Notes under the pieces: model-generated
Databases searched by the model: none
Told to the model about the DNA's origin: nothing
The model's input: the letters and a program-made list of their open reading frames with translations, nothing else
Program-made: the position numbers and the translations under genes
NCBI GenBank assembly: GCA_049903315.1
Contig: JBNGBT010000005.1
Location: forward strand, 1-64,000
DNA: 64,000 bases
DNA from: Candidatus Cloacimonadota bacterium
GTDB taxonomy: Bacteria; Cloacimonadota; Cloacimonadia; JGIOTU-2
Direction of reading: 5' to 3'
Part shown: positions 28,412 through 38,212 of the stretch, piece by piece
Layout: each line of letters begins with the position of its first letter
How positions within the stretch are numbered: the first letter of the stretch is position 1

Positions 28412-30655
28412 ATGAAATTGGGCATATCGCTGATTATTTTCAGCATAATAATAAATATAAATCTATTCGCAGAAATTCCTGCTGGATACTACAATTCTGC
28501 ATCAGGTCTCACTGGCACTGACCTAAAAAATGCACTCCACGATATCATTGATAATAATACAAATACAAACTATGATGCTTCATCAACCGGTGCACGCGGA
28601 CAGATGTATGCGTATTTTGATAATCACAGCAACACCGTTACATGCTTTTATACTGGCTATGCTGTAGCTCATGCAGAGGGAACATATACTGCTCCTGATG
28701 GTATTAACTGCGAACATACTTTTTGCCAGAGCTGGTTCCAAGGAATTCCAGAGCAAGCAATCGCAAAGGCAGATGTTCATCATCTGTTTCCTGTAGAAGC
28801 AGGAGTGAATTCTTCCCGCAGTAATTACCCCATGGATAATGTTAATAGTATTTCACATACATATCACGTGGCTGGAGATTATACCAGCTATCTTGGAACA
28901 AATACATTAGGCGCAACCGTTTTTGAACCGGCTGATGTTCATAAAGGCGATGCTGCCAGGGCTATGCTCTATTTCTCTGTCCGATATCAAATGGATCTTA
29001 CACAAGGTGATGTGGATATGCTTGCCACGCTCATCCAATGGCATACGAATGATCCCATCAGTACTGAGGAAATTAACAGAAATGATGATATCTACGATTA
29101 TCAGGGTAACAGAAATCCCTTTATAGATGTACCGGATTATGTTGGGGATATTTGGGGAGGGAGTCCTTCAGATATTACCCCGCCTATTATTCAAAATATT
29201 TTTGTGGAATCAAGTACAGAGTTATATATTCATTTCTCCGAATCGGTTGATGAAACAACGGCAGAGGCCACTACGAACTATTCGATTGATGATGGCATTG
29301 GAAATCCTATAAATGCAGTTCGCGGAGTCAGTGGTAATAACTCCATTGTGTCCCTTACAGTTTCTTCTCTTACGAGGGGAATTACATATAATCTTACCGT
29401 CAACAATGTAAAAGACCTGCATGATAACACGATTGAAGCTGGTTCTCAGAGAAAATTCCAGGTGCTGGCAGCTGGAGATATAGTTCTTCTTGGGGTAAAC
29501 ACCTCTGATCCTGATGATTTTACTATACTTACGACAGTTGATATACTTAATGGGACACAGGTTACATTTACTGATAATGGATGGCTCAACACAGGTTCTT
29601 TTCGTGCTGGAGAAGGGTGGATGGAATATCTGGTTCCTGATGATATGCCTGCAGGAACCATTATAAATTATATAAAGAATGAAGATTCGGGAGATTTCAT
29701 TAATAAAACCGGCGACCTTCTTTTTTCAACAAATGGAGAGCAACTTCTGATCTTCCAGGGTGATTCGAGCACTCCGCTTTTTGTGTATGGATTAAATATA
29801 GAAGGTAATGCGGTTTGGCAGGCTACTGCTACAAGCTCGAATACTTCAGCTTTACCTACCGGTTTGACAAATGGCACTACTGCATGCGCAGTACAAGAAT
29901 CGAACAATGTAAAATATTTTGGAAGTACCAGTTTTAGTTCAAGAGCAGAATGTCTTTCCACCGTGAGTAATGCATCAAATTGGTCGGGGAGTGAAACCCC
30001 ATATGATCTCACTACATTTTCTGATTTCACTCTTCCTATAGAACTTAGTTCCTTTACTGCTCAATATATGAATAATGTGCCTACCATTTACTGGTCAACC
30101 CAATCCGAAACAGACAATCTTGGATGGTTACTCTATCGTAATGAAGAAAATGACTTTTCTACCGCGCTCTGTATTTCTGACTTGATACCCGGACATGGGT
30201 CATCAGCCCAAATGCATTCATATTTATATCAAGACACTGAAGTGATTCTACAATCAATGTATTATTACTGGCTGGAGAGTATTGATTACAGCGGAACAGT
30301 TCATCATTACGATAGAGTTGCACAACTTTTTATTCCTGAAATTACTGTTCCAAATCATAATATTACTCCACCTGTTTTGTATGATGTCCAGGCACAGCCT
30401 AATCCCTTTTCTGAAAGTACAAAAATCTCATTTGTATTGAAAGAAGCGGGTTTTGTGAGTGTGAGGATATTCAATCTGAAAGGTGAGTTAGTAAATGAAT
30501 TGCATTCAAAATTTGTGAATGCAGACGACCATGCATCTTTTTCCTGGAAAGGAAAAGATAAAAATGGAAGATCTCTTGCGAATGGGTTATATCTGTATTC
30601 ATTACATATTAATGATAAATTATATACGACAAAGCAAATTGTTCTTTTTAAATAA
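28412..30655 (+). CDS. Secreted endonuclease I family nuclease with Ig-like domains and FlgD-Ig/T9SS-like C-terminal domain
   Basis: Signal peptide. IPAGYY...LH.II, NCEHTFCQSWF, DVHHLFP...NSSRSNYP, FEPAD.HKGDAARAMLYFSVRY, RND.IY..QGNRNPFID. C-terminal PNPF...LANGLYLY. Confidence 0.9.
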   Translation: MKLGISLIIFSIIININLFAEIPAGYYNSASGLTGTDLKNALHDIIDNNTNTNYDASSTGARGQMYAYFDNHSNTVTCFYTGYAVAHAEGTYTAPDGINCEHTFCQSWFQGIPEQAIAKADVHHLFPVEAGVNSSRSNYPMDNVNSISHTYHVAGDYTSYLGTNTLGATVFEPADVHKGDAARAMLYFSVRYQMDLTQGDVDMLATLIQWHTNDPISTEEINRNDDIYDYQGNRNPFIDVPDYVGDIWGGSPSDITPPIIQNIFVESSTELYIHFSESVDETTAEATTNYSIDDGIGNPINAVRGVSGNNSIVSLTVSSLTRGITYNLTVNNVKDLHDNTIEAGSQRKFQVLAAGDIVLLGVNTSDPDDFTILTTVDILNGTQVTFTDNGWLNTGSFRAGEGWMEYLVPDDMPAGTIINYIKNEDSGDFINKTGDLLFSTNGEQLLIFQGDSSTPLFVYGLNIEGNAVWQATATSSNTSALPTGLTNGTTACAVQESNNVKYFGSTSFSSRAECLSTVSNASNWSGSETPYDLTTFSDFTLPIELSSFTAQYMNNVPTIYWSTQSETDNLGWLLYRNEENDFSTALCISDLIPGHGSSAQMHSYLYQDTEVILQSMYYYWLESIDYSGTVHHYDRVAQLFIPEITVPNHNITPPVLYDVQAQPNPFSESTKISFVLKEAGFVSVRIFNLKGELVNELHSKFVNADDHASFSWKGKDKNGRSLANGLYLYSLHINDKLYTTKQIVLFK

Positions 30656-30707
30656 ATACAGTGGTTTGATGCTAAACGAAACGCTTGAGCTCGTGATCGC
30701 AAATAAG

Positions 30708-30930
30708 TTGTTGCTCTGATCCGTCAACTTGCGGAGAAGAGTCTATTTAATAAATTATGAGCATTATTTCTGAAAAATTGCTATCAACTATAGTAAATGG
30801 ATTCTTCACTGCGTTCAGAATGACAAATTTTTAAAACACGCTTGTCATTCTGAGCGAAACGAAGTGGAGAGAAGAATCTGTTATTATAATACGAGCACTT
30901 ACACTGAGAATTTACCCTCAACTATTAAAA
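30708..30930. repeat. REP/REPIN-like tandem repeat cluster (GTCATTCTGA...GAAGAATCT family)
   Basis: Degenerate copy 30708-30744, inverted copy GATTCTTCACTGCGTTCAGAATGAC 30800-30824, copy 30842-30879, plus two similar spacers of about 55 nt. Confidence 0.7.
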
Positions 30931-31049
30931 GAGTCCATATTTCATAACCGGCAAAAAAAAATGGATGAGAAACAATAAAAAACTTTACACGATTTTACAC
31001 AGTCTTTATCTACAATTAACATTTTTAATATATAAATGTTTGAGTATAT

Positions 31050-31514
31050 ATGAATAAGAAAATATTAGTTCGCATCATTGCAGGCAGCAAATCCGATATG
31101 CCTTATGTTGAGCAAACGCAGCAGGTACTCGAAGACTTTGGCGTACCTTACGATATGCATATCGCTTCTGCACATAGAAATCCGGAAAAAACTGAAAAAC
31201 TTACCAAAGATGCGGAAAAGAATGGGGTTCAGGTAATTATTGCACTTGCTGGTATGGCTGCCGCTCTCCCTGGTATTATTGCTGCTATGACGACTATCCC
31301 TGTGATTGGAGTTCCCCTTCCCGGCTCTGCATTGAATGGCATTGATTCTCTCTACTCCATTGTACAGATGCCTTCGGGTATCCCGGTTGCAGGTGTGGGC
31401 ATAGGCAATTCCGGTGCAAAAAATGCTGCTTACCTTGCAGTCTCGATTTTAAGTTTACATGATGTGAAGTATAAGGAAAAAATAAAAAATTACAGATCTA
31501 GTTGGAACGACTAG
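31050..31514 (+). CDS. purE: N5-CAIR mutase
   Basis: GSKSD, SAHRNP, AGMAAALPG, PVIGVP, DSLYSIVQMPSGIPVA, NAA. Confidence 0.96.
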   Translation: MNKKILVRIIAGSKSDMPYVEQTQQVLEDFGVPYDMHIASAHRNPEKTEKLTKDAEKNGVQVIIALAGMAAALPGIIAAMTTIPVIGVPLPGSALNGIDSLYSIVQMPSGIPVAGVGIGNSGAKNAAYLAVSILSLHDVKYKEKIKNYRSSWND

Positions 31515-31543
31515 TCCAGTTAAAACAACTGGAAAGGAGAAAG

Positions 31544-34039
31544 ATGAAGAAAGTGATAACTATTATGGGATTTATTATGATTTTTATGGTTAGTTTGGTG
31601 TGGGGACAAAGTTCCCCTGGTGATATCGCATTTATTGCATATAACGCTGATGGTGGTGATGATTTTGCTTTTGTTACACTTGTAAATATACCGGCAAGTG
31701 CAACAATATATTTTACTGATAATGAATGGAATGGAACAGCATTTGCCGATCTTAATGAAGGAGAGATAGAATGGACAAATGGAGGTACCCAACTAGATGC
31801 AGGTTCTGTTGTTGTTTTTACTGATCCAATTAATGGTGGAGGTTCAGTAAATGTTGGATCTCATACTGGTAATGGCTGGAATCTTGGCGCTAGTGATGAA
31901 TGGATTTATGCTCTTATAGAAGCTCCAGCTACCTCTTATGGAACACCTCCCACGTTTTTAGCTGCAATGGCAAGTGATGCAGGTTCAGGGTGGCTTACTG
32001 GAACTGGATTGACAGAAGGTACAAACGCAATTGACTTTAACGATGATAATGATGGATACAAGTACACAGGATCAAGATCCGGAGAAGCAAGTTTTGAAGA
32101 TTATTTACCATTAATAATAAATGCTTCAAACTGGCAGATTGAAACAAGCGATGGAGAGTTAATATTACCAATTTCCACTACTGCATTTACTGAAACAGGT
32201 GGCGGCACTCCTTCGATAACACTTAGTGAATCATCATTAACTGGATTTTCATATTACGTAGGTAGCGGTCCTTCTGCTGAACAAACATTCACTGCTCAAG
32301 GAAGTGATTTAACAGCAAATATTTCTATAGCTGCTACTACTAATTATGAAATATCTACAGGAAGCGGCGGATCCTTCGTTGCCACAAATCCAATAATCCT
32401 AACACAAAGTGGTGGATCAGTTGCAGAAACGACAATATATGTTAGATTAAAATCTGGCTTAAGTGCAGGCGAATATAATAGTGAAGATATCTCAGCCACA
32501 TCAACAGATGCGTCTACTAGAACAGTTACATGTAGCGGAGAAGTATATAAACTTGAACCTACTAATCATGTAACTTCCTTCACTGCTACCGCTGATGGTT
32601 TTAACAAAATAGATTTATCATGGACAGAAAATGATGGTGCCGTCGTTCCTGATGGATACCTTATAAAAGCAAGTACTTCTGATAATGTTTCCAATCCTTC
32701 CGATGGAACACCTGTTTTTGATAATACAACCATTGGTAATGATAGTGGAGCAAAGAATATATCTCATGGGACAACAGCTTATGAATGGACGGGATTGACA
32801 GCAGAAAGCACTTATTATTTTAAAATTTATCCTTATACTAATTCAGGTTCAGTTATTAATTATAAAACTGATGGAACTGTACCGAGTGCAAATGCAACAA
32901 CTGATCCAATGCCCGAAATCCCAGATATTCTAATTTCAGAAGTAGCAGATCCATCTGATGTTGCCAATGCAAAGTTTGTAGAATTATATAATGCAAGTGG
33001 TTCTGGAATAACATTCGATACTGATTGGTTTATATGTAGACAATCTAATGGTGATTCGTGGTCTGATGTGGAATTAATAGGAACAATATCAGCTGGTGGA
33101 ACTTTTGTTATCGCATATAACCAAGGTACTTATGAATCAACTTATCCTTCTCCTGCTGATCAATATAGCGGTTCTATAAGTGGTAATGGAGATGATGGAT
33201 ATTTCTTGTATTATGGTTCTGGTCATGCAACCGGCACATTAATTGATGCATATGGAGTTATTGATCAAGACGGTACTAGCCAAGATTGGGAATATACTGA
33301 TGGACATGCAGTAAGAAATGCTGGTGTAACAGAACCTAACTCTACATGGACTTCATCCGAATGGACAATCACTTCAGCAACTGCAGCGCAATGCACTCCA
33401 GGTATTTCAACCCTCCCTGTCACCCTCTCCACCTTCACTGCTCAATATCTCAACAGCAAACCAACTCTCTATTGGCAGACGCAGTCTGAAGAAGACAACA
33501 TGGGTTGGTTTATTTATAGAAATACAATTGAAGATTTCACTTCAGCAGAGAAAATTTCTGGCATGATACAGGGACATGGCACAACTACGCAGCCGCAATC
33601 CTATATTTACGAGGATGCAGAACAACTTCAGGTTGAGCAGACGTATTTCTACTGGCTCGAGAGTGTGGATTACAGTGGAACGATCCATCATTTTGATATG
33701 GTTGCCAACGTCACTATTCCTCATACGAACGATCCCGGACAGAATATAACTCCTCCTGTTGCCTACGAAATTACTGCAGATCCCAACCCCTTCTCACAGA
33801 CAACCGAAATCACTTTTGCAATGAGTCAAACCAGTTTAGTTGATGTTGCTATCTATAATCTGAAAGGTCAGCTGGTAAAATCATTTGATACTGTAATGAC
33901 CAATGCAGATGAAGATGTGAGCTTCCAATGGAATGGTAAGGATGACTCCGGCAAATCACTTTCCAATGGCGTGTATTTGTATTCAGTAAAAGTTAATGGC
34001 AAGGACTATGCCACCAAGCAGTTGATATTAATGAAATAA
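31544..34039 (+). CDS. Secreted protein with FN3-like and lamin-tail domains and FlgD-Ig/T9SS-like C-terminal domain
   Basis: RBS AAAGGAG and signal peptide. GL...STYYFKIYPY (FN3), ILISEVAD...FVELYN (lamin tail), LPVTLSTFTA, PNPF...WNGKDDSGK.LSNGVYLY. Confidence 0.85.
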   Translation: MKKVITIMGFIMIFMVSLVWGQSSPGDIAFIAYNADGGDDFAFVTLVNIPASATIYFTDNEWNGTAFADLNEGEIEWTNGGTQLDAGSVVVFTDPINGGGSVNVGSHTGNGWNLGASDEWIYALIEAPATSYGTPPTFLAAMASDAGSGWLTGTGLTEGTNAIDFNDDNDGYKYTGSRSGEASFEDYLPLIINASNWQIETSDGELILPISTTAFTETGGGTPSITLSESSLTGFSYYVGSGPSAEQTFTAQGSDLTANISIAATTNYEISTGSGGSFVATNPIILTQSGGSVAETTIYVRLKSGLSAGEYNSEDISATSTDASTRTVTCSGEVYKLEPTNHVTSFTATADGFNKIDLSWTENDGAVVPDGYLIKASTSDNVSNPSDGTPVFDNTTIGNDSGAKNISHGTTAYEWTGLTAESTYYFKIYPYTNSGSVINYKTDGTVPSANATTDPMPEIPDILISEVADPSDVANAKFVELYNASGSGITFDTDWFICRQSNGDSWSDVELIGTISAGGTFVIAYNQGTYESTYPSPADQYSGSISGNGDDGYFLYYGSGHATGTLIDAYGVIDQDGTSQDWEYTDGHAVRNAGVTEPNSTWTSSEWTITSATAAQCTPGISTLPVTLSTFTAQYLNSKPTLYWQTQSEEDNMGWFIYRNTIEDFTSAEKISGMIQGHGTTTQPQSYIYEDAEQLQVEQTYFYWLESVDYSGTIHHFDMVANVTIPHTNDPGQNITPPVAYEITADPNPFSQTTEITFAMSQTSLVDVAIYNLKGQLVKSFDTVMTNADEDVSFQWNGKDDSGKSLSNGVYLYSVKVNGKDYATKQLILMK

Positions 34040-34095
34040 ATGTATTAAATTCTCGTTCCTATCCGCCAGCTGGTTGATGGGAATGCATAATTATC

Positions 34096-34122
34096 GGGGC
34101 TGATTGGATTCAGCCCTTTTTT
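34096..34122 (+). terminator. Rho-independent terminator
   Basis: GGGGCTGA-TTGGAT-TCAGCCCT followed by a T-run. Confidence 0.8.
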
Positions 34123-34169
34123 ATTTGGGAATTTGAAACTTGAAACTTGAAATTGGGAAAAAGAAAATG

Positions 34170-34280
34170 GCTCACGGATTTACACTGATCAACACTGATT
34201 CATAAAAAATTATAAAGAAGAGAATATATTGAATTCTTAATCTGTTTTCATTGGTGAAAATTCGTGTTAATTCGTGGTTA
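34170..34280. repeat. Decamer-periodic inverted repeat element (CACGGATTTA/CACTGAT type)
   Basis: GCTCACGGATTTACACTGATCAACACTGATT ... ATTGGTGAAAATTCGTGTTAATTCGTGGTTA; related single arms at 40311-40351 and 56157-56220. Confidence 0.55.
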
Positions 34281-34324
34281 ACAATCTTAATCTGAGTTCT
34301 ATTACAAGGAGTAAATAATTGGTC

Positions 34325-35275
34325 TTATCTATTCCCCTTAAAAGGTTTCTGTTTCTTAAAATCGGGCACGAAATTATCCTTATCTTTTAACGATTTGAAA
34401 TCCTGGGGATACTGCACCAGTATATTTGTAAATCCCAAACTCAAAGCATGTTCATAAACTTCCTCAAATTCTTCGAGAGTAATTCGTCTTTTTAAGAACT
34501 GAATGCTAGCAGTCTTGTCCATTTTCAATCGTTCAGGCGGGTAATACTGTGACATCAAACTGATCGGGATTTCTCTCCCAAATTCGATAAAGAGAGTTGA
34601 GAGTACATTCTTCGAGTTCTGCACCTGTTCCGGTAAAATAAGGTGGCGGACAAGCACACCTCTTGATGCAATCTGCTTGTTCTCTGTGAAAGAATCGAGA
34701 AATCCTTTTTGCCGAACCATCTCGATAAGTGATTCAAGAGCTTTATCAGGATAATCCTCCGCATGAGAGAGCTCTTTTGCCAGTTCTCTGTCGGCATATT
34801 TGAAGTCAGGCATGTAGATGTCAGCATAATCTTCAAGATTTTTAACTGACTCTGTTTTCTGATATCCAGACATATTATAGAGAATTGGAAGTGAGAGATT
34901 CCTTTGTCTGAGCAGTTCAACGATTTTTATAGTATGAGGCAAAAAATGATCAGGCGTAACGAAGTTCACATTATGAATATCATAGGATAGAACAAGTTTT
35001 TCAAGTTCGTCAACAACCTGCGTGCATGTGTAAAAATTTCCCATTCCTTCAAAAGATATTTGATAATTCTGGCAGTAGCAACACTTGAGAGAGCATCCCG
35101 TGAAGAAGATAGTCCCAGATCCATTTGTGCCAGAGATAGGGGGCTCTTCACCAAAATGTGCACTGATGCTCGAAATGCGAAACTGGCTTGTTTCCCCACA
35201 ATAACCTGTTTGGTCCTGTGTGCGGTCAATATTGCACTCACGAGGACAAAGTGAGCAATTTGTATAATTATTCAT
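34325..35275 (-). CDS. Radical SAM protein, PflX family
   Basis: CSLCPREC, HFGEEPPISG..GSGTIFFTGC...C.YCQN, VNFVTP, YMPDFKY, VRHLILP, MSQY.P. Confidence 0.9.
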   Translation of the reverse strand: MNNYTNCSLCPRECNIDRTQDQTGYCGETSQFRISSISAHFGEEPPISGTNGSGTIFFTGCSLKCCYCQNYQISFEGMGNFYTCTQVVDELEKLVLSYDIHNVNFVTPDHFLPHTIKIVELLRQRNLSLPILYNMSGYQKTESVKNLEDYADIYMPDFKYADRELAKELSHAEDYPDKALESLIEMVRQKGFLDSFTENKQIASRGVLVRHLILPEQVQNSKNVLSTLFIEFGREIPISLMSQYYPPERLKMDKTASIQFLKRRITLEEFEEVYEHALSLGFTNILVQYPQDFKSLKDKDNFVPDFKKQKPFKGNR

Positions 35276-35316
35276 ACGATTTAGAGTATATCAGTTCATT
35301 ATATGTTCAACTAAAC

Positions 35317-35341
35317 CACCCTTCGAGAACCTCAGGGTGAC
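35317..35341. repeat. Single REP-like hairpin
   Basis: CACCCTTCGAGAACCTCAGGGTGAC; shares the TTC-N6-YTCAG-NN-TGAC frame with the 30800 repeat. Confidence 0.5.
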
Positions 35342-35362
35342 AATAGATTTATAGGAAATAAA

Positions 35363-35839
35363 TTATAGATTCTTGATCTTCTCGATAATATCAGTTGTAG
35401 ATTTTCCTTCGATGAATTGTAAGCTTCTTACTTCTCCACCTTGCCCGAGTACAATATCACTTCCCACAATATCTTCAACAGCCCAGTCACCGCCTTTTAC
35501 GAGGATATCCGGTTGGATCATTTTGATGAGTTCATAAGGTGTATCTTCATCAAAAATGCACACATAATCCACAGATTTAAGATTGTCGAGTACTACTGCA
35601 CGATCCTGTTCATAGTTTATAGGACGGTCAATGCCCTTAAGTCTTTGCACTGAATCATCGCTGTTCAAACCGATGATGAGGATATCTCCACATTTTTTTG
35701 CTTTATTCAAGTATTCAACATGACCTCTATGTATGAGGTCAAAGCATCCATTGGTGAATACAATTTTCATGTCAGATTCGTGCAAATTACCTGATATTTC
35801 GGTGATTTCTTCTCTTGTAGCGATCATGATTCGTTCCAT
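35363..35839 (-). CDS. rfaE2: D-glycero-beta-D-manno-heptose 1-phosphate adenylyltransferase
   Basis: VFTNGCFDLIHRGH, GLNSDDSV.RLKG..RP, FDEDTP, LVKGGDW, STT.II (start may be 35827). Confidence 0.95.
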   Translation of the reverse strand: MERIMIATREEITEISGNLHESDMKIVFTNGCFDLIHRGHVEYLNKAKKCGDILIIGLNSDDSVQRLKGIDRPINYEQDRAVVLDNLKSVDYVCIFDEDTPYELIKMIQPDILVKGGDWAVEDIVGSDIVLGQGGEVRSLQFIEGKSTTDIIEKIKNL

Positions 35840-36819
35840 TCTCTAAAAGAGCGCAGGATTTCCTTTGGTGAAGCAGTTGCAGCTCCAACTTTTCCACACA
35901 CAACACCTGCAGCATGGTTTGCGATTATTGATGCTGTCTTGATATCGCAGTTCGCTGTTATGGCAAGCATAAGAGTGCTGATGACAGTATCTCCAGCACC
36001 GGACACATCATACACTTCCTGGGAAAATGTGGGTATCTGCCAGCTTTGGTTTTGATCATCACAGATAAACATACCTTTTGAACCGAGTGTGATCACAACG
36101 TATTTGCAACTCAATTTGTCCATGAGTTTCTGCGCAACGATCTTCAGGTCTTCATCAGATTTGATCTCATATTGCAGATTCTTTTCAGCTTCATTTTTGT
36201 TTGGTTTGAAAAAAGTAATATTTTTGTATTCGAAGAAATTTTTTGCTTTCGGATCGACACCGATGAATTTGTCATGTGTTTGCGCAAGAGAAGTGAAAAG
36301 ATGAATGAGGTCTTTTGTGAGTAAACCTTTATTATAATCCTGAAGTATTATGCCATCGATCAAAGGAATAATTTTTTGTGCATATTTTTCAATTTCGTGA
36401 AACACTTCGCCATCTATTTCATCATCCTTCTCGAAATCGATACGCACAAGCTGCTGATTGCGTGCGATCACTCGTGTTTTTTGGGTTGTGGGACGGAGAG
36501 AGTTGGAAAATATACCCTCATCAGAAATGTTGTTATCTCGGAATATCTGCCGTAATTGATTACCACTCTGGTCATCTCCAACCGTTCCTATAATGAAGGG
36601 TTCAGCCCCTAGTGCTTTTATATTCTGAGCAACATTTGCAGCACCACCGGGACCAAATTTTTCCTTATCAACCTTCACGACCTGTACTGGTGCTTCCGGT
36701 GAAATTCGATCAACGTCTCCAATGATGTAATGATCGAGCATGAGATCGCCGACTACCAAAATCTTTTTTGATTGAATCTTTGTTAAGATATCTTTGAGTT
36801 TTTGTTCATCAATATGCAT
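35824..36819 (-). CDS. rfaE1: D-glycero-beta-D-manno-heptose-7-phosphate kinase
   Basis: GDLMLD, RISPEAPV, GGAANVA, DYNKG, DVSGAGDTV. Confidence 0.95.
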   Translation of the reverse strand: MHIDEQKLKDILTKIQSKKILVVGDLMLDHYIIGDVDRISPEAPVQVVKVDKEKFGPGGAANVAQNIKALGAEPFIIGTVGDDQSGNQLRQIFRDNNISDEGIFSNSLRPTTQKTRVIARNQQLVRIDFEKDDEIDGEVFHEIEKYAQKIIPLIDGIILQDYNKGLLTKDLIHLFTSLAQTHDKFIGVDPKAKNFFEYKNITFFKPNKNEAEKNLQYEIKSDEDLKIVAQKLMDKLSCKYVVITLGSKGMFICDDQNQSWQIPTFSQEVYDVSGAGDTVISTLMLAITANCDIKTASIIANHAAGVVCGKVGAATASPKEILRSFREWNES

Positions 36820-36820
36820 A

Positions 36821-38203
36821 TTACTCCTTTAAATGGATGGGATAATTCCCATCAAAGCAAGCAAAACAAAATTCTTTATCATCTTTTATCAGACTTTTCA
36901 GATCAGGCACAGTAAGATAGCGAAGAGAATCCGCCTGGAGAAAAGCTGCAATGTCTTCGACGGTTTTATGGTTTGCAATAAGTTCTTCCATAGTAGGCGT
37001 GTCTATTCCGTAATAGCAGGAATATTTTACCATCGGAGAACCAATTCGCACGTGTACTTCTTTTGCACCATGTTCGCGAACCATTTTTACGATTTTTTTC
37101 AGCGTGGTACCCCGCACAATAGAATCATCTATCAAAGTGACCTTTTTCCCTTCGAGAAAACCAGGGAGGGGATTGAATTTTTGACTCACATTCTCATCAC
37201 GAATAGTCTGTTCCGGTGCAATAAAGGTACGCCCCACATAGTGATTTCGAATAAGCCCAAAGCTGAAATCAATGCCGAGTTCTTTAGCATAACCCAGGGC
37301 AATGAAATTACTCGAGTCAGGTACGGGCATGACAACATCGGTTATGATATCTTCTTTTTCTGCAAGTTTTTGACCGAGTTTTTCCCGAAAAGTATACACT
37401 GCATTATCGTAAACAATACTGTCTGGACGGGAGAAATAGATAAGCTCAAATATGCAATGTGCAGTATGTTTTCTGCTTCTGAATTCATCAGGATCAAGTT
37501 GGATTGATTCCATTCCTTTTTCACTTACATGAATGATCTCACACGGTGAGACTTCTTTTTTGAATTGAGCCTGAATAATATCTATGCAGCAGGATTCCGA
37601 TGCGAATGCATAGGTTCCATCATCAAGCTCACCAAAAATGAATGGTCTGTTAGCGTGGGGATCACGAAATGCATACAGTTCATCTTTGACAAGCATGACA
37701 GTAGAATAAGATCCCTGAAAATGTTCCATAAGATGTTTAATTGAATCAACAATTGAGAGTCCCTGCTTCTCGTGAAAATATGCAATATATTTCAAGATAA
37801 GTTCACCGTCATTTTGTGATTCAAAAAAGACTCCTTTTGCTTCCAGGATCTCGCGCAGTTCTTTATAATTTACTATATCCCCGTTACTTGCAAGAGCAAA
37901 CATTGGTCCGGAGAGATTGTTCAATAAATGCGGTTGGGCATTTCCGATATCTGAAGAACCTTGAGTAGGATAACGGACATGACCTATTGCAACGTGAGAA
38001 GGAATCTGTGTAAGTACACCTTCATTAAAAACTTCTTTCACAAGCCCCATTTGTTTTATGAGCTGTAATTTCTCGCCGTCGAAATACGTAATTCCACAGC
38101 TTTCCTGTCCGCGATGCTGAGCAGCAAAAAGTCCAAGGACTGCGAGATGTGAAGCAGTTTCAAGTTGCTTATCTTTTTGATATATTCCTATGATTCCGCA
38201 CAT
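36821..38203 (-). CDS. purF: Amidophosphoribosyltransferase
   Basis: N-terminal CG, QHRGQES, GHVRYPT, CIFE.IYFSRPDS, PVPDS, DDSIVRGTT, CYYGID, CFACFDG.YP. Confidence 0.97.
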   Translation of the reverse strand: MCGIIGIYQKDKQLETASHLAVLGLFAAQHRGQESCGITYFDGEKLQLIKQMGLVKEVFNEGVLTQIPSHVAIGHVRYPTQGSSDIGNAQPHLLNNLSGPMFALASNGDIVNYKELREILEAKGVFFESQNDGELILKYIAYFHEKQGLSIVDSIKHLMEHFQGSYSTVMLVKDELYAFRDPHANRPFIFGELDDGTYAFASESCCIDIIQAQFKKEVSPCEIIHVSEKGMESIQLDPDEFRSRKHTAHCIFELIYFSRPDSIVYDNAVYTFREKLGQKLAEKEDIITDVVMPVPDSSNFIALGYAKELGIDFSFGLIRNHYVGRTFIAPEQTIRDENVSQKFNPLPGFLEGKKVTLIDDSIVRGTTLKKIVKMVREHGAKEVHVRIGSPMVKYSCYYGIDTPTMEELIANHKTVEDIAAFLQADSLRYLTVPDLKSLIKDDKEFCFACFDGNYPIHLKE

Positions 38204-38212
38204 ATTATTAAG

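Noticed and set aside
30708..30930. Repeat-spacer-repeat pattern as a CRISPR array
   Set aside because: The repeats alternate in orientation and are degenerate, the spacers resemble each other, and no cas genes are present.
28412..34039. Diversity-generating retroelement acting on the paralogous surface proteins
   Set aside because: No reverse transcriptase is present, and no near-identical template/variable repeat pair with adenine-specific differences was seen.
36833..37507. 224-aa plus-strand ORF, and similar antisense ORFs such as 53866-54417, 25512-26003 and 43917-44372
   Set aside because: They are shadow frames opposite well-conserved genes (purF, dnaB, dnaK, lon) and have no recognisable motifs.
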